64,000 nucleotides of DNA from the NCBI GenBank assembly GCA_964354155.1, contig CAYGYG010000009.1, forward strand, positions 6,053 through 70,052, read 5' to 3'. A program made the translations under genes and the position numbers. Under the pieces are notes generated by a model. That model did no database searches. It was not told the origin of the DNA and saw only the letters and a program-made list of their open reading frames with translations. This DNA comes from an uncultured bacterium. Its GTDB lineage: Bacteria; Hydrothermota; Tepidihabitantia; SM23-42; CAYGYG01. This document shows positions 37,005-46,650 of the stretch, piece by piece. The stretch's first letter is position 1; each line of letters begins with the position of its first letter.

Positions 37005-38576
37005 ATGAAGTATTCCCAGATTGAATCCAAAACCGAACTGAGACGTGACGTCACGGTTTGGGGCTCGTTCATGTGGGGCTATGCTGACGTCGGCGCCGAC
37101 GTCTATGTCGCGCTCGGGTTGGTCATGGCCGCGGCCCAGGGTGCGGCCAACCTGGCCTTTGCCTTAGCCGGCCTGGTCTACATCATGATCGGCCTGGCCT
37201 ATACCGAACTTGCCTCGGCTTATCCGGTGGCGGGCGGGGGGCAGTACTTCACATTGCGCGGTCTGGGTGATTTCTGGGGTTTTGTCGCAGGGTGTGCGTT
37301 GCTTCTGGACTATACCATCGATGTTGCACTTTTCGCCTACGCCTCGACCGGATACATCAACTTTTTCTTTCCTTCCATCGCCAAACTTTCGATCTCGGTT
37401 GGGCCATTCCACGGCGTCAATCCGGTGTGGGCGCTTCAGACGCTGGGCATGATTGGATTTTTAATCTGGCTCAATATCCGCGGCATAAGAGAGTCTTCCT
37501 TGCTCAACGAAGTACTCGGCATTGTCGATATCGTCACCGAATCCGGAATAATCGTCATGGGCTTTCTCTTTGCGTGGAAACCGGAGTTGCTGGTGCATCA
37601 ATGGACTACTCAATTCCCGACGCTCAACAATTTTCTCTACGGATCATCCCTGGCAATCATATCTTACGTCGGATTGGAATCGATTTCGCAGGCCGCTCAG
37701 GAGACAAAACGGCCGGCAACCATAATTCCAAGGACTTCACTCTCTTTAATTTTCACGGTATTCATCTTTGCCACTGCGTTCTCGACACTGAGCCTCGGCG
37801 TCTTGCCCTGGCAGGTTCTGGCCGAAGCGCAAGCGAATCCGGTGGCCAAACTGGCCAGCGTCATACCGTATATCGGAGCGTTTGCCGGTCCATTCGCCGC
37901 GATTCTGGGGGCCACGATCCTGCTGATTTCATCGAACACCGGCGTGATGGGTGCATCGCGGGTAACGTTCTCGATGAGCCAGCTCAAGCTGATAAGTCCG
38001 TGGTTCAATGAAGTGCACGCAAAGTTCCGTACCCCGGTGCGGACCATCATCGTTTTCTCGGGCTTGGGCGCGCTGCAGGCGGCCCTGGCGGCGCTGACTC
38101 CGCGCGTACTCGATACGCTTGGCAATATGTATGCTTTTGGCGCCAGTCTCGGCTACACATTGGTGTTCATCGCGCTGATCAAACTGCGTTTCTCGGATCC
38201 CTACACGCCGCGACCGTTTACCATGCCGTTGAACCTGACCTTTAGTCGCAAAGGACAGAAGATCAAATTTCCATTGTTGGGGGCGTTCGGCTTGATCGGG
38301 GTCAGTACGATCCTTTTCGCGGTAATCCTCACCCACACGATCGGTCGTATTGCCGGGCCGGCTTGGATTATTGCCTGTCTTTGCTACTATGCCTGGTACC
38401 GCCGTAAGAACGGGATGGCGGTATTCCGCAGCATCAAGCGCAATTGGGAACATGACCAGATTGAAACTCTGACTTCGGCCGAGGAATACGAGCTGGTCGA
38501 AGTCTACAAACAGGCGCTCAAAGAACGTGATGAGAGAGCGGCGAAAATAGCCAAACACCATGGACCTGCCGAATAG
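37005..38576 (+). CDS. APC-family permease (possibly cation/K+ related)
   Basis: About 12 TM helices; YTELASAYPVAGG, LLLDY, SYVGLESISQAAQE, HAKFRTP. Confidence 0.88.
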   Translation: MKYSQIESKTELRRDVTVWGSFMWGYADVGADVYVALGLVMAAAQGAANLAFALAGLVYIMIGLAYTELASAYPVAGGGQYFTLRGLGDFWGFVAGCALLLDYTIDVALFAYASTGYINFFFPSIAKLSISVGPFHGVNPVWALQTLGMIGFLIWLNIRGIRESSLLNEVLGIVDIVTESGIIVMGFLFAWKPELLVHQWTTQFPTLNNFLYGSSLAIISYVGLESISQAAQETKRPATIIPRTSLSLIFTVFIFATAFSTLSLGVLPWQVLAEAQANPVAKLASVIPYIGAFAGPFAAILGATILLISSNTGVMGASRVTFSMSQLKLISPWFNEVHAKFRTPVRTIIVFSGLGALQAALAALTPRVLDTLGNMYAFGASLGYTLVFIALIKLRFSDPYTPRPFTMPLNLTFSRKGQKIKFPLLGAFGLIGVSTILFAVILTHTIGRIAGPAWIIACLCYYAWYRRKNGMAVFRSIKRNWEHDQIETLTSAEEYELVEVYKQALKERDERAAKIAKHHGPAE

Positions 38577-38793
38577 AGTGGATCGGAATCTGACGAAGTG
38601 GCGGATCGTGTACCAGCTGTTCTCGGGCCTTCTGTTTATGACGCTCGGCGTGGTTATTTTTGTGCGGGCCAAGGGCTATATGAATTTTCTGAGTGCCGGG
38701 CTTTTTGGCTGTGTCCTGGCGGCCTACGGTTTCTACCGGCTGGTCATGTTTTTACGCTCGTTCAAACAGCGAAGAGAAGGCCGCGATGAGTAG
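38560..38793 (+). CDS. Small two-TM membrane protein
   Basis: Overlaps both neighbouring genes; two hydrophobic helices. Confidence 0.6.
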   Translation: MDLPNRVDRNLTKWRIVYQLFSGLLFMTLGVVIFVRAKGYMNFLSAGLFGCVLAAYGFYRLVMFLRSFKQRREGRDE

Positions 38794-39352
38794 CGGACCG
38801 CAGGTTACCTTTATCGGCGCCCTGCTGGCGTTCGTTTTCAGCAGCGCAATTCTCAGTATTATCTGGTGGATGCTCCATCCGCCGCCGCAGGTTTCGCTTT
38901 CGGTTGCCAAGGCGAAGGTCGCGGTTTCGGCTATCAAGAAGATCATCGTGCCGACGGTCGGCACGGTCTACTCGGAAAAGGCGGTGGAGCTTGCCTGTCG
39001 GCTGGGGCAGGAGCAGAAGGCGGAAATCGTCGTCACCTACGTGATTGAGGTTCCCTTCACGCTGCCGCTTAACGCGACGATGGGTAAATTGGAGCAGTTG
39101 GCCAAGGAAGCGGTCGGACGGGGGGTCGAGATCGTTATGCACCACGGGCTCCCGGCCAAGTCCAAGATCGAGCGTGCCCGGAAAGTGGGCGAAGGCATAA
39201 TCCGCCTGGCCGCCGACCAGGATGCGGATTTGATTGTTATCGGAATTCGTCCGGTCATCGGCTTGTCCGAACGGATTCTGGGCCGGACTTCAGAAACTCT
39301 CTTGCGCCGGGCACCCTGTGAGGTTATCATTGACCGGCGGCCGGAGGAGTAG
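38786..39352 (+). CDS. Membrane-anchored universal stress protein (USP)
   Basis: N-terminal TM; KIIVPT, ADLIVIG, LGRTSETLLRRAPCEV. Confidence 0.88.
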   Translation: MSSGPQVTFIGALLAFVFSSAILSIIWWMLHPPPQVSLSVAKAKVAVSAIKKIIVPTVGTVYSEKAVELACRLGQEQKAEIVVTYVIEVPFTLPLNATMGKLEQLAKEAVGRGVEIVMHHGLPAKSKIERARKVGEGIIRLAADQDADLIVIGIRPVIGLSERILGRTSETLLRRAPCEVIIDRRPEE

Positions 39353-39420
39353 CCGGTGGGTCACCGCTTATTGCCCCTGACGGCCGGCGTAAGGCTTAGG
39401 GCAAGCATGATGGAGGTTCT

Positions 39421-39843
39421 ATGAAAGCATTGGTTCTGGGATGCGGGCGGGTCGGCTCGATGCTGGCGAATTTGCTGGCGTCGAGCAACTGGGAAGTAAC
39501 CGTGGTTGATATTGACTCTAATGCGTTCATCGCGCTGGGCGAGGATTTCACCGGCCGTCAGCTCGCGGGTCGCGTGACCGATGAGGAGCTGCTCAAGACG
39601 GCGGGCGTGGAGACCGCGGACTTGATTGCCGTCTTAACTTCCGACGAGATCGCCAACCTAATGTCGGCCCAGGTTGTCAAACAGAAATTCGGCAAGGAAA
39701 TGGTACTGGTCAGGGTTTTTGATCCGGTCAAAGCCGGGGCGTACCGTGAGCTCGGCCTCAAGACCGTCTGCCCGACCAATATTGAGTTTGAGATGATTCT
39801 TAAGGAATGCGGTATCAAGCCCAAGAAGGCCAAAGGGGGTTAG
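39421..39843 (+). CDS. TrkA-N/RCK domain protein
   Basis: LVLGCGRVG Rossmann motif; AGVETAD. Confidence 0.88.
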   Translation: MKALVLGCGRVGSMLANLLASSNWEVTVVDIDSNAFIALGEDFTGRQLAGRVTDEELLKTAGVETADLIAVLTSDEIANLMSAQVVKQKFGKEMVLVRVFDPVKAGAYRELGLKTVCPTNIEFEMILKECGIKPKKAKGG

Positions 39844-40488
39844 ATGTACATCATAATCGTCGGTGCCGGCAAGATCGGTTACAATCTCACCAAGGCATTG
39901 GCCGCCGAAGGCAACGAAGTCCTGCTCATCGAACGGGATCGCAACAAGTACAACGCACTGGTCAAGGAGTTGGGCGAAGCCGTCTACTTGGGCAACGGTT
40001 GTGAGGTGGCAACCCTCAAGAGCGTGGGTACGAACCGAGCCGACATGCTTATCGCCGTCACCGGTCTTGACCAGGAGAACCTCGTGACCTGTCAGCTGGC
40101 CAAACTACTCTTCATGATACCCAAGACCCTGGCCATCGTCAATGATCCGAAGAACGAAGATCTTTTCAAGAACCTGGGAGTCGACGGCGTGGTCAATACG
40201 ACGAGCCTCATCAGCGCGATCATTGGGCACAAACTCGATGTCGGTATCTTGACGCCGCTGTTGACTTTCAAAAACTATGAGATCGTCCAAGCCGAGATAA
40301 CCGAATCGTCGCCCGCGGTCAACCGGGCGGTAAAGGATCTCGGACTGCCGGCTGATTCGCTGTTGATTGCGGCCGTCCGGGAAGGGGCCGCGGTGATCCT
40401 CAAGGGTGATTCGATCATCCAGCCCAACGATACGATCGTCGCCCTTACGGCCAAGGAAGAAGAAAACGAACTGCGCAAGATTCTATGA
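39844..40488 (+). CDS. trkA: TrkA/KtrA-family potassium uptake regulatory subunit (RCK-N plus RCK-C)
   Basis: IIVGAGKIG, VTGLDQENL; C-terminal SPAVNRAVKDLGLP. Confidence 0.85.
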   Translation: MYIIIVGAGKIGYNLTKALAAEGNEVLLIERDRNKYNALVKELGEAVYLGNGCEVATLKSVGTNRADMLIAVTGLDQENLVTCQLAKLLFMIPKTLAIVNDPKNEDLFKNLGVDGVVNTTSLISAIIGHKLDVGILTPLLTFKNYEIVQAEITESSPAVNRAVKDLGLPADSLLIAAVREGAAVILKGDSIIQPNDTIVALTAKEEENELRKIL

Positions 40489-40943
40489 AGATAGTCAAAT
40501 ACTTGAAATCATCCCACATCAGTGCCGATATCAAGGCGTCGGACAAGAACAGCGTCATCCAGTCGCTGATCGCGCTTCTCGTCGAACAGGGTCAGGTGCC
40601 GGGCGATATGGCGGAAGATGTTATGAGCGCGGTGCTGGAGCGGGAATCACTGACCAGCACCGGCTTGGGTTCAGGCGTTGCCTTGCCCCACGTCAAGACC
40701 GATGTCGTCAAGCAGATCTGCGTTGCCTTTGGCCGCAGTAGTGCGGGCATCGAGTTTGAGGCCCTGGACGGCAACCCGGTCCATTTCTTCTTTCTCATCC
40801 TTGCGCCGACCAAGGCAACGGATGACTACCTGAAAATCCTTTCTTCGATTTCAGGGATGATGAAAATGGAGACCGTGCGGGCGCAACTGCGCGAGGCCAA
40901 ATCCGCGGAAGAGATTTACCGTATACTGGACCGTCCGGTCTAG
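40485..40943 (+). CDS. ptsN: PTS EIIA (Ntr/fructose-mannitol type)
   Basis: ERESLTSTGLGSGVALPH, FEALDGNPV. Confidence 0.85.
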   Translation: MKIVKYLKSSHISADIKASDKNSVIQSLIALLVEQGQVPGDMAEDVMSAVLERESLTSTGLGSGVALPHVKTDVVKQICVAFGRSSAGIEFEALDGNPVHFFFLILAPTKATDDYLKILSSISGMMKMETVRAQLREAKSAEEIYRILDRPV

Positions 40944-41015
40944 GCCGGGGATGGCGCGGCGTCACAAGTATTCGGTTTTCTTTGAGTTTTGAACCGATCC
41001 GGCTGTTTTTTTCAG

Positions 41016-41043
41016 TTGACATTTATCGGAATTCGAACATAAT
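41016..41043 (+). promoter_or_regulatory. sigma70-type promoter
   Basis: TTGACA-N16-CATAAT. Confidence 0.6.
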
Positions 41044-41056
41044 TACAGCTCTGCTA

Positions 41057-41986
41057 ATGAAACGCGACCACTTGAGAAGCATCAGGACGGGCCTTCTGTT
41101 GCCGGCTGTGTTGCTGGCGATGATGGCCAGTTGTGGGAAGAAGAGCGAACCTCAGACCCCGACATCCGGGTATATCACGGTGCGGGGGTCAGATCAGACC
41201 TATCCAATGATGATGGAAGAAGCCTATGCCTTCATGGATTTGTATCCAAAGGCCAAGGTTCTGGTCGTGGGTGGGGGCTCCAACCCGGCTATGGCCGCCC
41301 TGTTTGTCGATTCAGGTCAGGTGGCCCACTCGACCCGTCCGATGACCGACGACGAGCTGGGCCGGGCTCGTGAAGCTGGCTTTCAAGTAAAGGAATACAA
41401 GATTGCCAAGGATGGAATCGCGATTGTGGTCAATCCCCTCAATCCGGTGCAGCAGTTGACCAGAAGCCAGGTCTCCGACATATTCTCAGGGCGCATTGCG
41501 AACTGGTCTAAAGTTGGAGGCCGGGGCGGACCGATTAGTGTGCATGTCTGGGGCGAGAACGCCGGCAGCTACTCGTACTTCAAGGACAGCGTTCTGGGCG
41601 GTAAGGCCTATGCCAAGCGCGTCCAGCGTTTCGACAACGGCGAGATGATGATTCGGTCCATCGCTGAAAACCGGAATGCCGTCGGCTTTCTATCCATGGC
41701 CCTGCTTTACAAATCCTGGAGTCCGCTGATCGAAGACACGCGAATCAAGGCACTGGCGATCGGCTTAGTGCCCAAGGGTGAATTCTACCCTCCGGACGAA
41801 GCGACGGTTCATGCTGGTCAGTACCTATTCGTTCGTAACATCTATCTGTACACGCCGAACGAACCCAAGGGGGTGGACTCTGGTTTCATCACCTTTGTCA
41901 TGTCGGCTGCAGGGCAGAAGATTATTGCCGGGAATGGATTCGTGCCGGTTACCGTGCCGGTCAAGTACACCCAGGATACCCTGTAG
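41057..41986 (+). CDS. PstS-like phosphate-binding lipoprotein
   Basis: Lipobox MASC; ITVRGS, GGGS, IAKDGIAIVVNP.NPV, IFSG.I.NW. Confidence 0.85.
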   Translation: MKRDHLRSIRTGLLLPAVLLAMMASCGKKSEPQTPTSGYITVRGSDQTYPMMMEEAYAFMDLYPKAKVLVVGGGSNPAMAALFVDSGQVAHSTRPMTDDELGRAREAGFQVKEYKIAKDGIAIVVNPLNPVQQLTRSQVSDIFSGRIANWSKVGGRGGPISVHVWGENAGSYSYFKDSVLGGKAYAKRVQRFDNGEMMIRSIAENRNAVGFLSMALLYKSWSPLIEDTRIKALAIGLVPKGEFYPPDEATVHAGQYLFVRNIYLYTPNEPKGVDSGFITFVMSAAGQKIIAGNGFVPVTVPVKYTQDTL

Positions 41987-42001
41987 CGTATGAAATATCG
42001 G

Positions 42002-42031
42002 GGAATATCGATGACCGACAGGTTGTATAAC
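42002..42031 (+). promoter_or_regulatory. Putative ECF-sigma promoter
   Basis: GGAATA-N16-TGTATAAC. Confidence 0.6.
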
Positions 42032-42051
42032 CTATGGTGATAGGAGAAAAC

Positions 42052-43455
42052 ATGCGCAGGCCAGTATTGATATCTCTTTTAATTGCGGGACTTATGTGGT
42101 CGGTGTCAGTCGACGACATTGTCAAGGAGGGCGTTGCGTTGCGCGATGCCGGCGACCCGAGCGGGGCGATCGTGAAGTTCGAACAGGCGTTGAAATCAAA
42201 AGCCAAACACCCCCTGGCCAATTTCGAGATCGGCAAGACCTATCTAGAGAAAGGTGACTGTGAGAACGCGGTCATTTTTCTGACGAAAGCCAAGAATTAC
42301 GGGTATGACGCACTGAAAAGCCACTTGGCGCTGGGCCAGGCCTTTGAGGCCTGCGGCAACAACATTGAGGCGGCCATCGAGTACAGCGAAGCGGCGAAGT
42401 TGGCGCCCAATGACCCTGAATGTCAATGTAACCTGGCTCGGGTCAGCCAGCAGACGGGTGTTGCCGAAGGTGGGTACATAAATGCGCTCAAGATCGACCC
42501 GAATTACGTACCGGCGATGGTCGGCCTTGCCAACCTCTACGCGAACAATAATGACTCGGTGAAGGCGATGACCTATTTTGACAAAGCCCAGAAGACGAAA
42601 CCGGACTACGCGCCAACCTACTTCGCACTTGGCAACTATCACCTACAGAAGAAACGCTACCTCAAGAGCATCGAATCGTTCACCCGTTACATCCAACTTG
42701 AACCCAGGAAGCATCGGGGCTATGGTGCTCGGGCCGATGCCTACTCAAAATCAAAGAAAGATACTGTTGCTTACAAGCATGCGATTACCGACATCCGACA
42801 GGCAATTGCTTTGGGTGATACGACAATGGGTTCTCTGAAGTTCCTTGCGTTTTTATACGGTCAGACCAATCAGCACAAAGAGCGCCGGGACGTGCTCAGA
42901 CAGGTTGTGATCAAGGATCAATATGACACGCAGTCCTGGATGGACCTGGCCCGGGCCTATGCCAAGACTGATTCTGCCCGCGGTGCGGCTGATGCCTATC
43001 TGAGATTGATCGTACTCGATTCAATGTACGCGCGGGAGATTGCTCCGGACCTCGCCATGGCTTACTACAATGTGGCCAAGTATGATTCGGCCGTGATCTG
43101 GTTCAAGAAACGTCTCGATTATGACACCTTGACGGTCGCGACCTATGTGAATCTGGCGTTAGCCTATCTCCAACTCAAGAACTACAAAGCGGCGGTCGAG
43201 AATTTCAGAAAGTCGCTGAAACTGAATCCCAAGTATGTGAAAGGTCATCTTTGGTTGGGACAGACGTCTGAATTCCTCGGTGCAAAGGCCGAGGCGATGG
43301 CTGAGTACAGGACGGTCATCAAACTTGCTCCCGGCAGCCCGGATGCGAAGCTGGCGCGCGAGGGAATTGCACGGCTCAACAAGCCGGCAACCCCGACCAC
43401 GCCTAACTATCAAGACTACTGGGACAAGTACTGGGACGATTTGTACAAGAAGTAG
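42052..43455 (+). CDS. Periplasmic TPR-repeat protein
   Basis: AGGAG RBS; signal peptide; multiple TPR repeats. Confidence 0.88.
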   Translation: MRRPVLISLLIAGLMWSVSVDDIVKEGVALRDAGDPSGAIVKFEQALKSKAKHPLANFEIGKTYLEKGDCENAVIFLTKAKNYGYDALKSHLALGQAFEACGNNIEAAIEYSEAAKLAPNDPECQCNLARVSQQTGVAEGGYINALKIDPNYVPAMVGLANLYANNNDSVKAMTYFDKAQKTKPDYAPTYFALGNYHLQKKRYLKSIESFTRYIQLEPRKHRGYGARADAYSKSKKDTVAYKHAITDIRQAIALGDTTMGSLKFLAFLYGQTNQHKERRDVLRQVVIKDQYDTQSWMDLARAYAKTDSARGAADAYLRLIVLDSMYAREIAPDLAMAYYNVAKYDSAVIWFKKRLDYDTLTVATYVNLALAYLQLKNYKAAVENFRKSLKLNPKYVKGHLWLGQTSEFLGAKAEAMAEYRTVIKLAPGSPDAKLAREGIARLNKPATPTTPNYQDYWDKYWDDLYKK

Positions 43456-43523
43456 GACCAGGGGGTGTTGGTGGAAGGCGGTAACCAGACTGCACAACAG
43501 TCAACTGGAAAGGAGGTTTGACG

Positions 43524-44357
43524 ATGTCTGGACTTTTCGAAGGATTACATAATGCACCTGCTGCAGTAAAGATATTGGTGTCGTTCGTTGTCCCCGCCAC
43601 ACTTGCAGTCGGCTTGGGGATTGCGCTGGCCTTTGTTAAACGCGTCGGCCTGCTCACTCTACTCCTCTATATCTGCAACTTCATCATCTGCGTCATAATC
43701 TTCCAGATGCTGCCCGGGTTCGTACGCGACGGTGGTCCCTTGGTTGGCGTTTTGATCTACATCTTCATTCTACTCGTCACCTACATCATCGAGCGTTTTT
43801 TCACCCTGCAGCGTTCCAAGGGCAAGACGCCGATGGCGGAATTCATGCGCAGCTACATCCAGCATGTCGCCGAGAAGAACTTCGACGCCGCCATGAATGA
43901 CTGCGAAATGCAGGGCGGTTCTGCGGCCAATATCCTGAAGAGCGGCCTGCAGCAATCGGTGAAGGGTTCGGGCGAGAAGGCAACCATCTTGAAGACCTCG
44001 ATCGAGACGAGGAGGATTTTCGAAGAAGCGGTGGCCCGCGAAACTCCGCTCCTGGAGAGAAACCTCATCGCTCTTACCACGATTGCGTCGATCGCGACTA
44101 TGGTCGGCTTGCTCGGGACCACGGTTGGCATGATCCGTGCATTCCAGGCCATGGCCCACGCCGGTGCCCCGGATGCCATCATGCTGGCGCGTGGTATTTC
44201 TGAGGCGTTGTTCAATACCGCCGGCGGATTGTGGAACGCGATTGTCGGCATCATCGCCAACAACTTCTTTGTCAACAAGGTTGATCGCTTCACGTACGAC
44301 ATCAATGAAGCGGTGTACGATACGCTGGACTACCTTGAGCGACTTGAGAAGAAGTAG
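43524..44357 (+). CDS. exbB: MotA/TolQ/ExbB proton channel protein
   Basis: TMVGLLGTTVGMIRAF, GISEALFNTAGG. Confidence 0.9.
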   Translation: MSGLFEGLHNAPAAVKILVSFVVPATLAVGLGIALAFVKRVGLLTLLLYICNFIICVIIFQMLPGFVRDGGPLVGVLIYIFILLVTYIIERFFTLQRSKGKTPMAEFMRSYIQHVAEKNFDAAMNDCEMQGGSAANILKSGLQQSVKGSGEKATILKTSIETRRIFEEAVARETPLLERNLIALTTIASIATMVGLLGTTVGMIRAFQAMAHAGAPDAIMLARGISEALFNTAGGLWNAIVGIIANNFFVNKVDRFTYDINEAVYDTLDYLERLEKK

Positions 44358-44368
44358 CGGAGGCCAAA

Positions 44369-45043
44369 ATGGCACGCCATAAGAGACTGCGTGTAGGTAT
44401 TACCATCGACATGACGCCCATGGTGGACATTGGATTCCTGCTGGTCATCTTCTTCATGAGCACCTATCATGCCCGTCCGCCGGAAACCCTTACGGTTCAG
44501 TTGCCCCTGTCACGCTCGCCGTTCAAGGTGCCGGAGGCGGATGTGATGATTCTGACCATCATCCCGCCGGAAAGAGCCTATAACCTGGCCGAGTCGATCA
44601 ACCCGAGCGCCCTGTTGATGGCGATTTCGGAGTATCAACTGCCGGCGGCTCAGGGCGGTTTGGATCTGAAAAGGAAGGCGGCTATCGAGAAGGCGATTCA
44701 TGAGTTCAAGACCACGGAAAAGATAATCGAAACGATGGGCGAAGCGGCCAACTTCACACCCGAGCAGCGCGCGGCCCGGGCCGACAGCCTGCTTTGCTGG
44801 TGGAATCTCGGCCGCGAATCCTCCCAACCCACCAAGTTCGACATGGTCGGCTATCTTGTCATTCAGGAGCGGATTAGAAACCCGCATCTGCGCCTGGTCG
44901 TTAAGGCGGACAAGGACGTTCAATCGGGCGTTATTCTGCGACTCATGGAGACGCTTCAGGACCCCAAGGTCAATATGCTGCGGTTCAGTATGATGACGAT
45001 GCTGGAAGAGACCGGTTCAATCATCATGAGCACAGGAGGTTAG
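44369..45043 (+). CDS. exbD: ExbD/TolR family protein with extended periplasmic domain
   Basis: IDMTPMVDIGFLLVIFFM; VVKADKDV. Confidence 0.88.
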   Translation: MARHKRLRVGITIDMTPMVDIGFLLVIFFMSTYHARPPETLTVQLPLSRSPFKVPEADVMILTIIPPERAYNLAESINPSALLMAISEYQLPAAQGGLDLKRKAAIEKAIHEFKTTEKIIETMGEAANFTPEQRAARADSLLCWWNLGRESSQPTKFDMVGYLVIQERIRNPHLRLVVKADKDVQSGVILRLMETLQDPKVNMLRFSMMTMLEETGSIIMSTGG

Positions 45044-45044
45044 C

Positions 45045-45620
45045 ATGGGTGTTGTCGAAGGCGCAACTCGAGGCAAAGGCAAACGACGAGGCCGGATCAT
45101 TAACGACCTGACCCCGATGGTCGATATCGCGTTTCTCCTGGTCATCTTCTTCATGACAACAACCGTGTTCCGCGAGCCCCAGGCAATTGAGATTGCGCTG
45201 CCACCCAAAGGCAGCGTACCAACGGCGCAGTCGAACGTGATCAGCATCTTCATCGATTCGATTGGGGTGACATCAAAACAGCTGTCTGATGAAGTCCGGA
45301 GCCAGATTTCCTTGGACTCGATCGAGGCCTACTTGAAGATCGAAGAGCGCAACAATGTCGAACGGCAGACCGGCGGCAAGGAGTTGCTGACGCAATTCGA
45401 CGCGATGCCCGAGGGCGAGGCGAAGGACAGCCTTGACAAGTACATCCGGCGGAAAGTATCCAAGCTTGTCGTCCTCGTCGATGTTCACGGTCGGTCACGA
45501 TACCAGGACATGGTGCGGGTCATGGACCAGGTTCAGCAAGCGGGCATCGTCCGGTTCAGCATTGTCCCACACATCGAACAGACGCCACCCCCTGCAAAGA
45601 AAGGAGGTAGATCGCGATGA
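45045..45620 (+). CDS. exbD: Second ExbD/TolR family protein
   Basis: DLTPMVDIAFLLVIFFM; YQDMVRVMDQV. Confidence 0.88.
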   Translation: MGVVEGATRGKGKRRGRIINDLTPMVDIAFLLVIFFMTTTVFREPQAIEIALPPKGSVPTAQSNVISIFIDSIGVTSKQLSDEVRSQISLDSIEAYLKIEERNNVERQTGGKELLTQFDAMPEGEAKDSLDKYIRRKVSKLVVLVDVHGRSRYQDMVRVMDQVQQAGIVRFSIVPHIEQTPPPAKKGGRSR

Positions 45621-46375
45621 ACGGAATTAACTCGAAGTTATGGTTCCCGGCAATCGGGAAGAGGAGCCCGATTCTGAACTTATCGGCCCTCAGTCTCCGT
45701 TCCGCCTACTACGTAACCAACGTGTTGATTTTTCTCGTGATCTTCGGCATATTCGCTTCCATCAAATACCAGCAGTGGCGTTATGAGCAACAACTCAAGC
45801 AGGCCGGTATGATCGGCGGCAGGAAAGTAATCACCTTGACGTACGCCCAGCTCGGGCCGCCGCCGTCGATTACCGGCGGTGAAGACGCCAGCGCGCAAGC
45901 GGCAAGTGGTGCCCGGGCGGCGGCGCCGGCGGTAGGCGCCCCCAGGCCGGTACCTGATGCCGAAGCGCAGCAGGAGACCGCGCCGACTCAGGCGGAAATC
46001 TCCGGTGTCAGCCTGGTTGGGGCCGGGACCGGGACGGGCGTGGGCTCGGGAGCGATTATCCAGGTCGAAGATATCCCGGATATCAACGCTTTCATTCCGT
46101 ACGAAGTCGAGCCTAAGATTTTGTATGGGCCGCCGCCGGTGTATCCTGAGTTTGCCCGGATCGCCGAGCAGGAAGGGACGGTGTATGTTAAGGCATTGGT
46201 TGACTTAAACGGTTCCATCATGCGGGTCGTCATCGTTCGAAGTTCCGGGGCGCCCGTTCTTGATTCAGCCGCGGCGCGCTCGGTGTACGCTTGGAGGATG
46301 AACCCGGCCCTGCAGAACAACAAGCCGGTTCGGGTTTGGGTCGCCAAGCCGATTACGTTCAAACTCGACAAGTAG
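45617..46375 (+). CDS. tonB: Energy transducer TonB
   Basis: TM anchor, Pro/Ala linker, YPEFAR..EQEGTVYV..LVD..G, KPVRVW. Confidence 0.88.
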   Translation: MNGINSKLWFPAIGKRSPILNLSALSLRSAYYVTNVLIFLVIFGIFASIKYQQWRYEQQLKQAGMIGGRKVITLTYAQLGPPPSITGGEDASAQAASGARAAAPAVGAPRPVPDAEAQQETAPTQAEISGVSLVGAGTGTGVGSGAIIQVEDIPDINAFIPYEVEPKILYGPPPVYPEFARIAEQEGTVYVKALVDLNGSIMRVVIVRSSGAPVLDSAAARSVYAWRMNPALQNNKPVRVWVAKPITFKLDK

Positions 46376-46510
46376 CGGTATCGGTATTCCCGGTCGGTAA
46401 CGCTTGAAAGATTGAGCCTTCCCGGGTCCGAGAGAGGCCCGGGAAGGTGAGGATTTTCTATTCGATAATCGGAAGGGGGAGTGTTTTCTTGGTTAAGTAC
46501 CTCCTGGTCT

Positions 46511-46539
46511 GGAATAGGGGGGGATGCCGGCTGTATAAC
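46511..46539 (+). promoter_or_regulatory. Putative ECF-sigma promoter
   Basis: GGAATA-N15-TGTATAAC. Confidence 0.6.
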
Positions 46540-46650
46540 CACATAGCAACCACCACTCACGGTCTTTATAAGTCTGTATCTCGTAGAGGAAGAACAGATT
46601 TTGCGCAAGGTCCCAGAGTTCTCGCGGGGACCGGCCGGAAGGAGGCAAAG

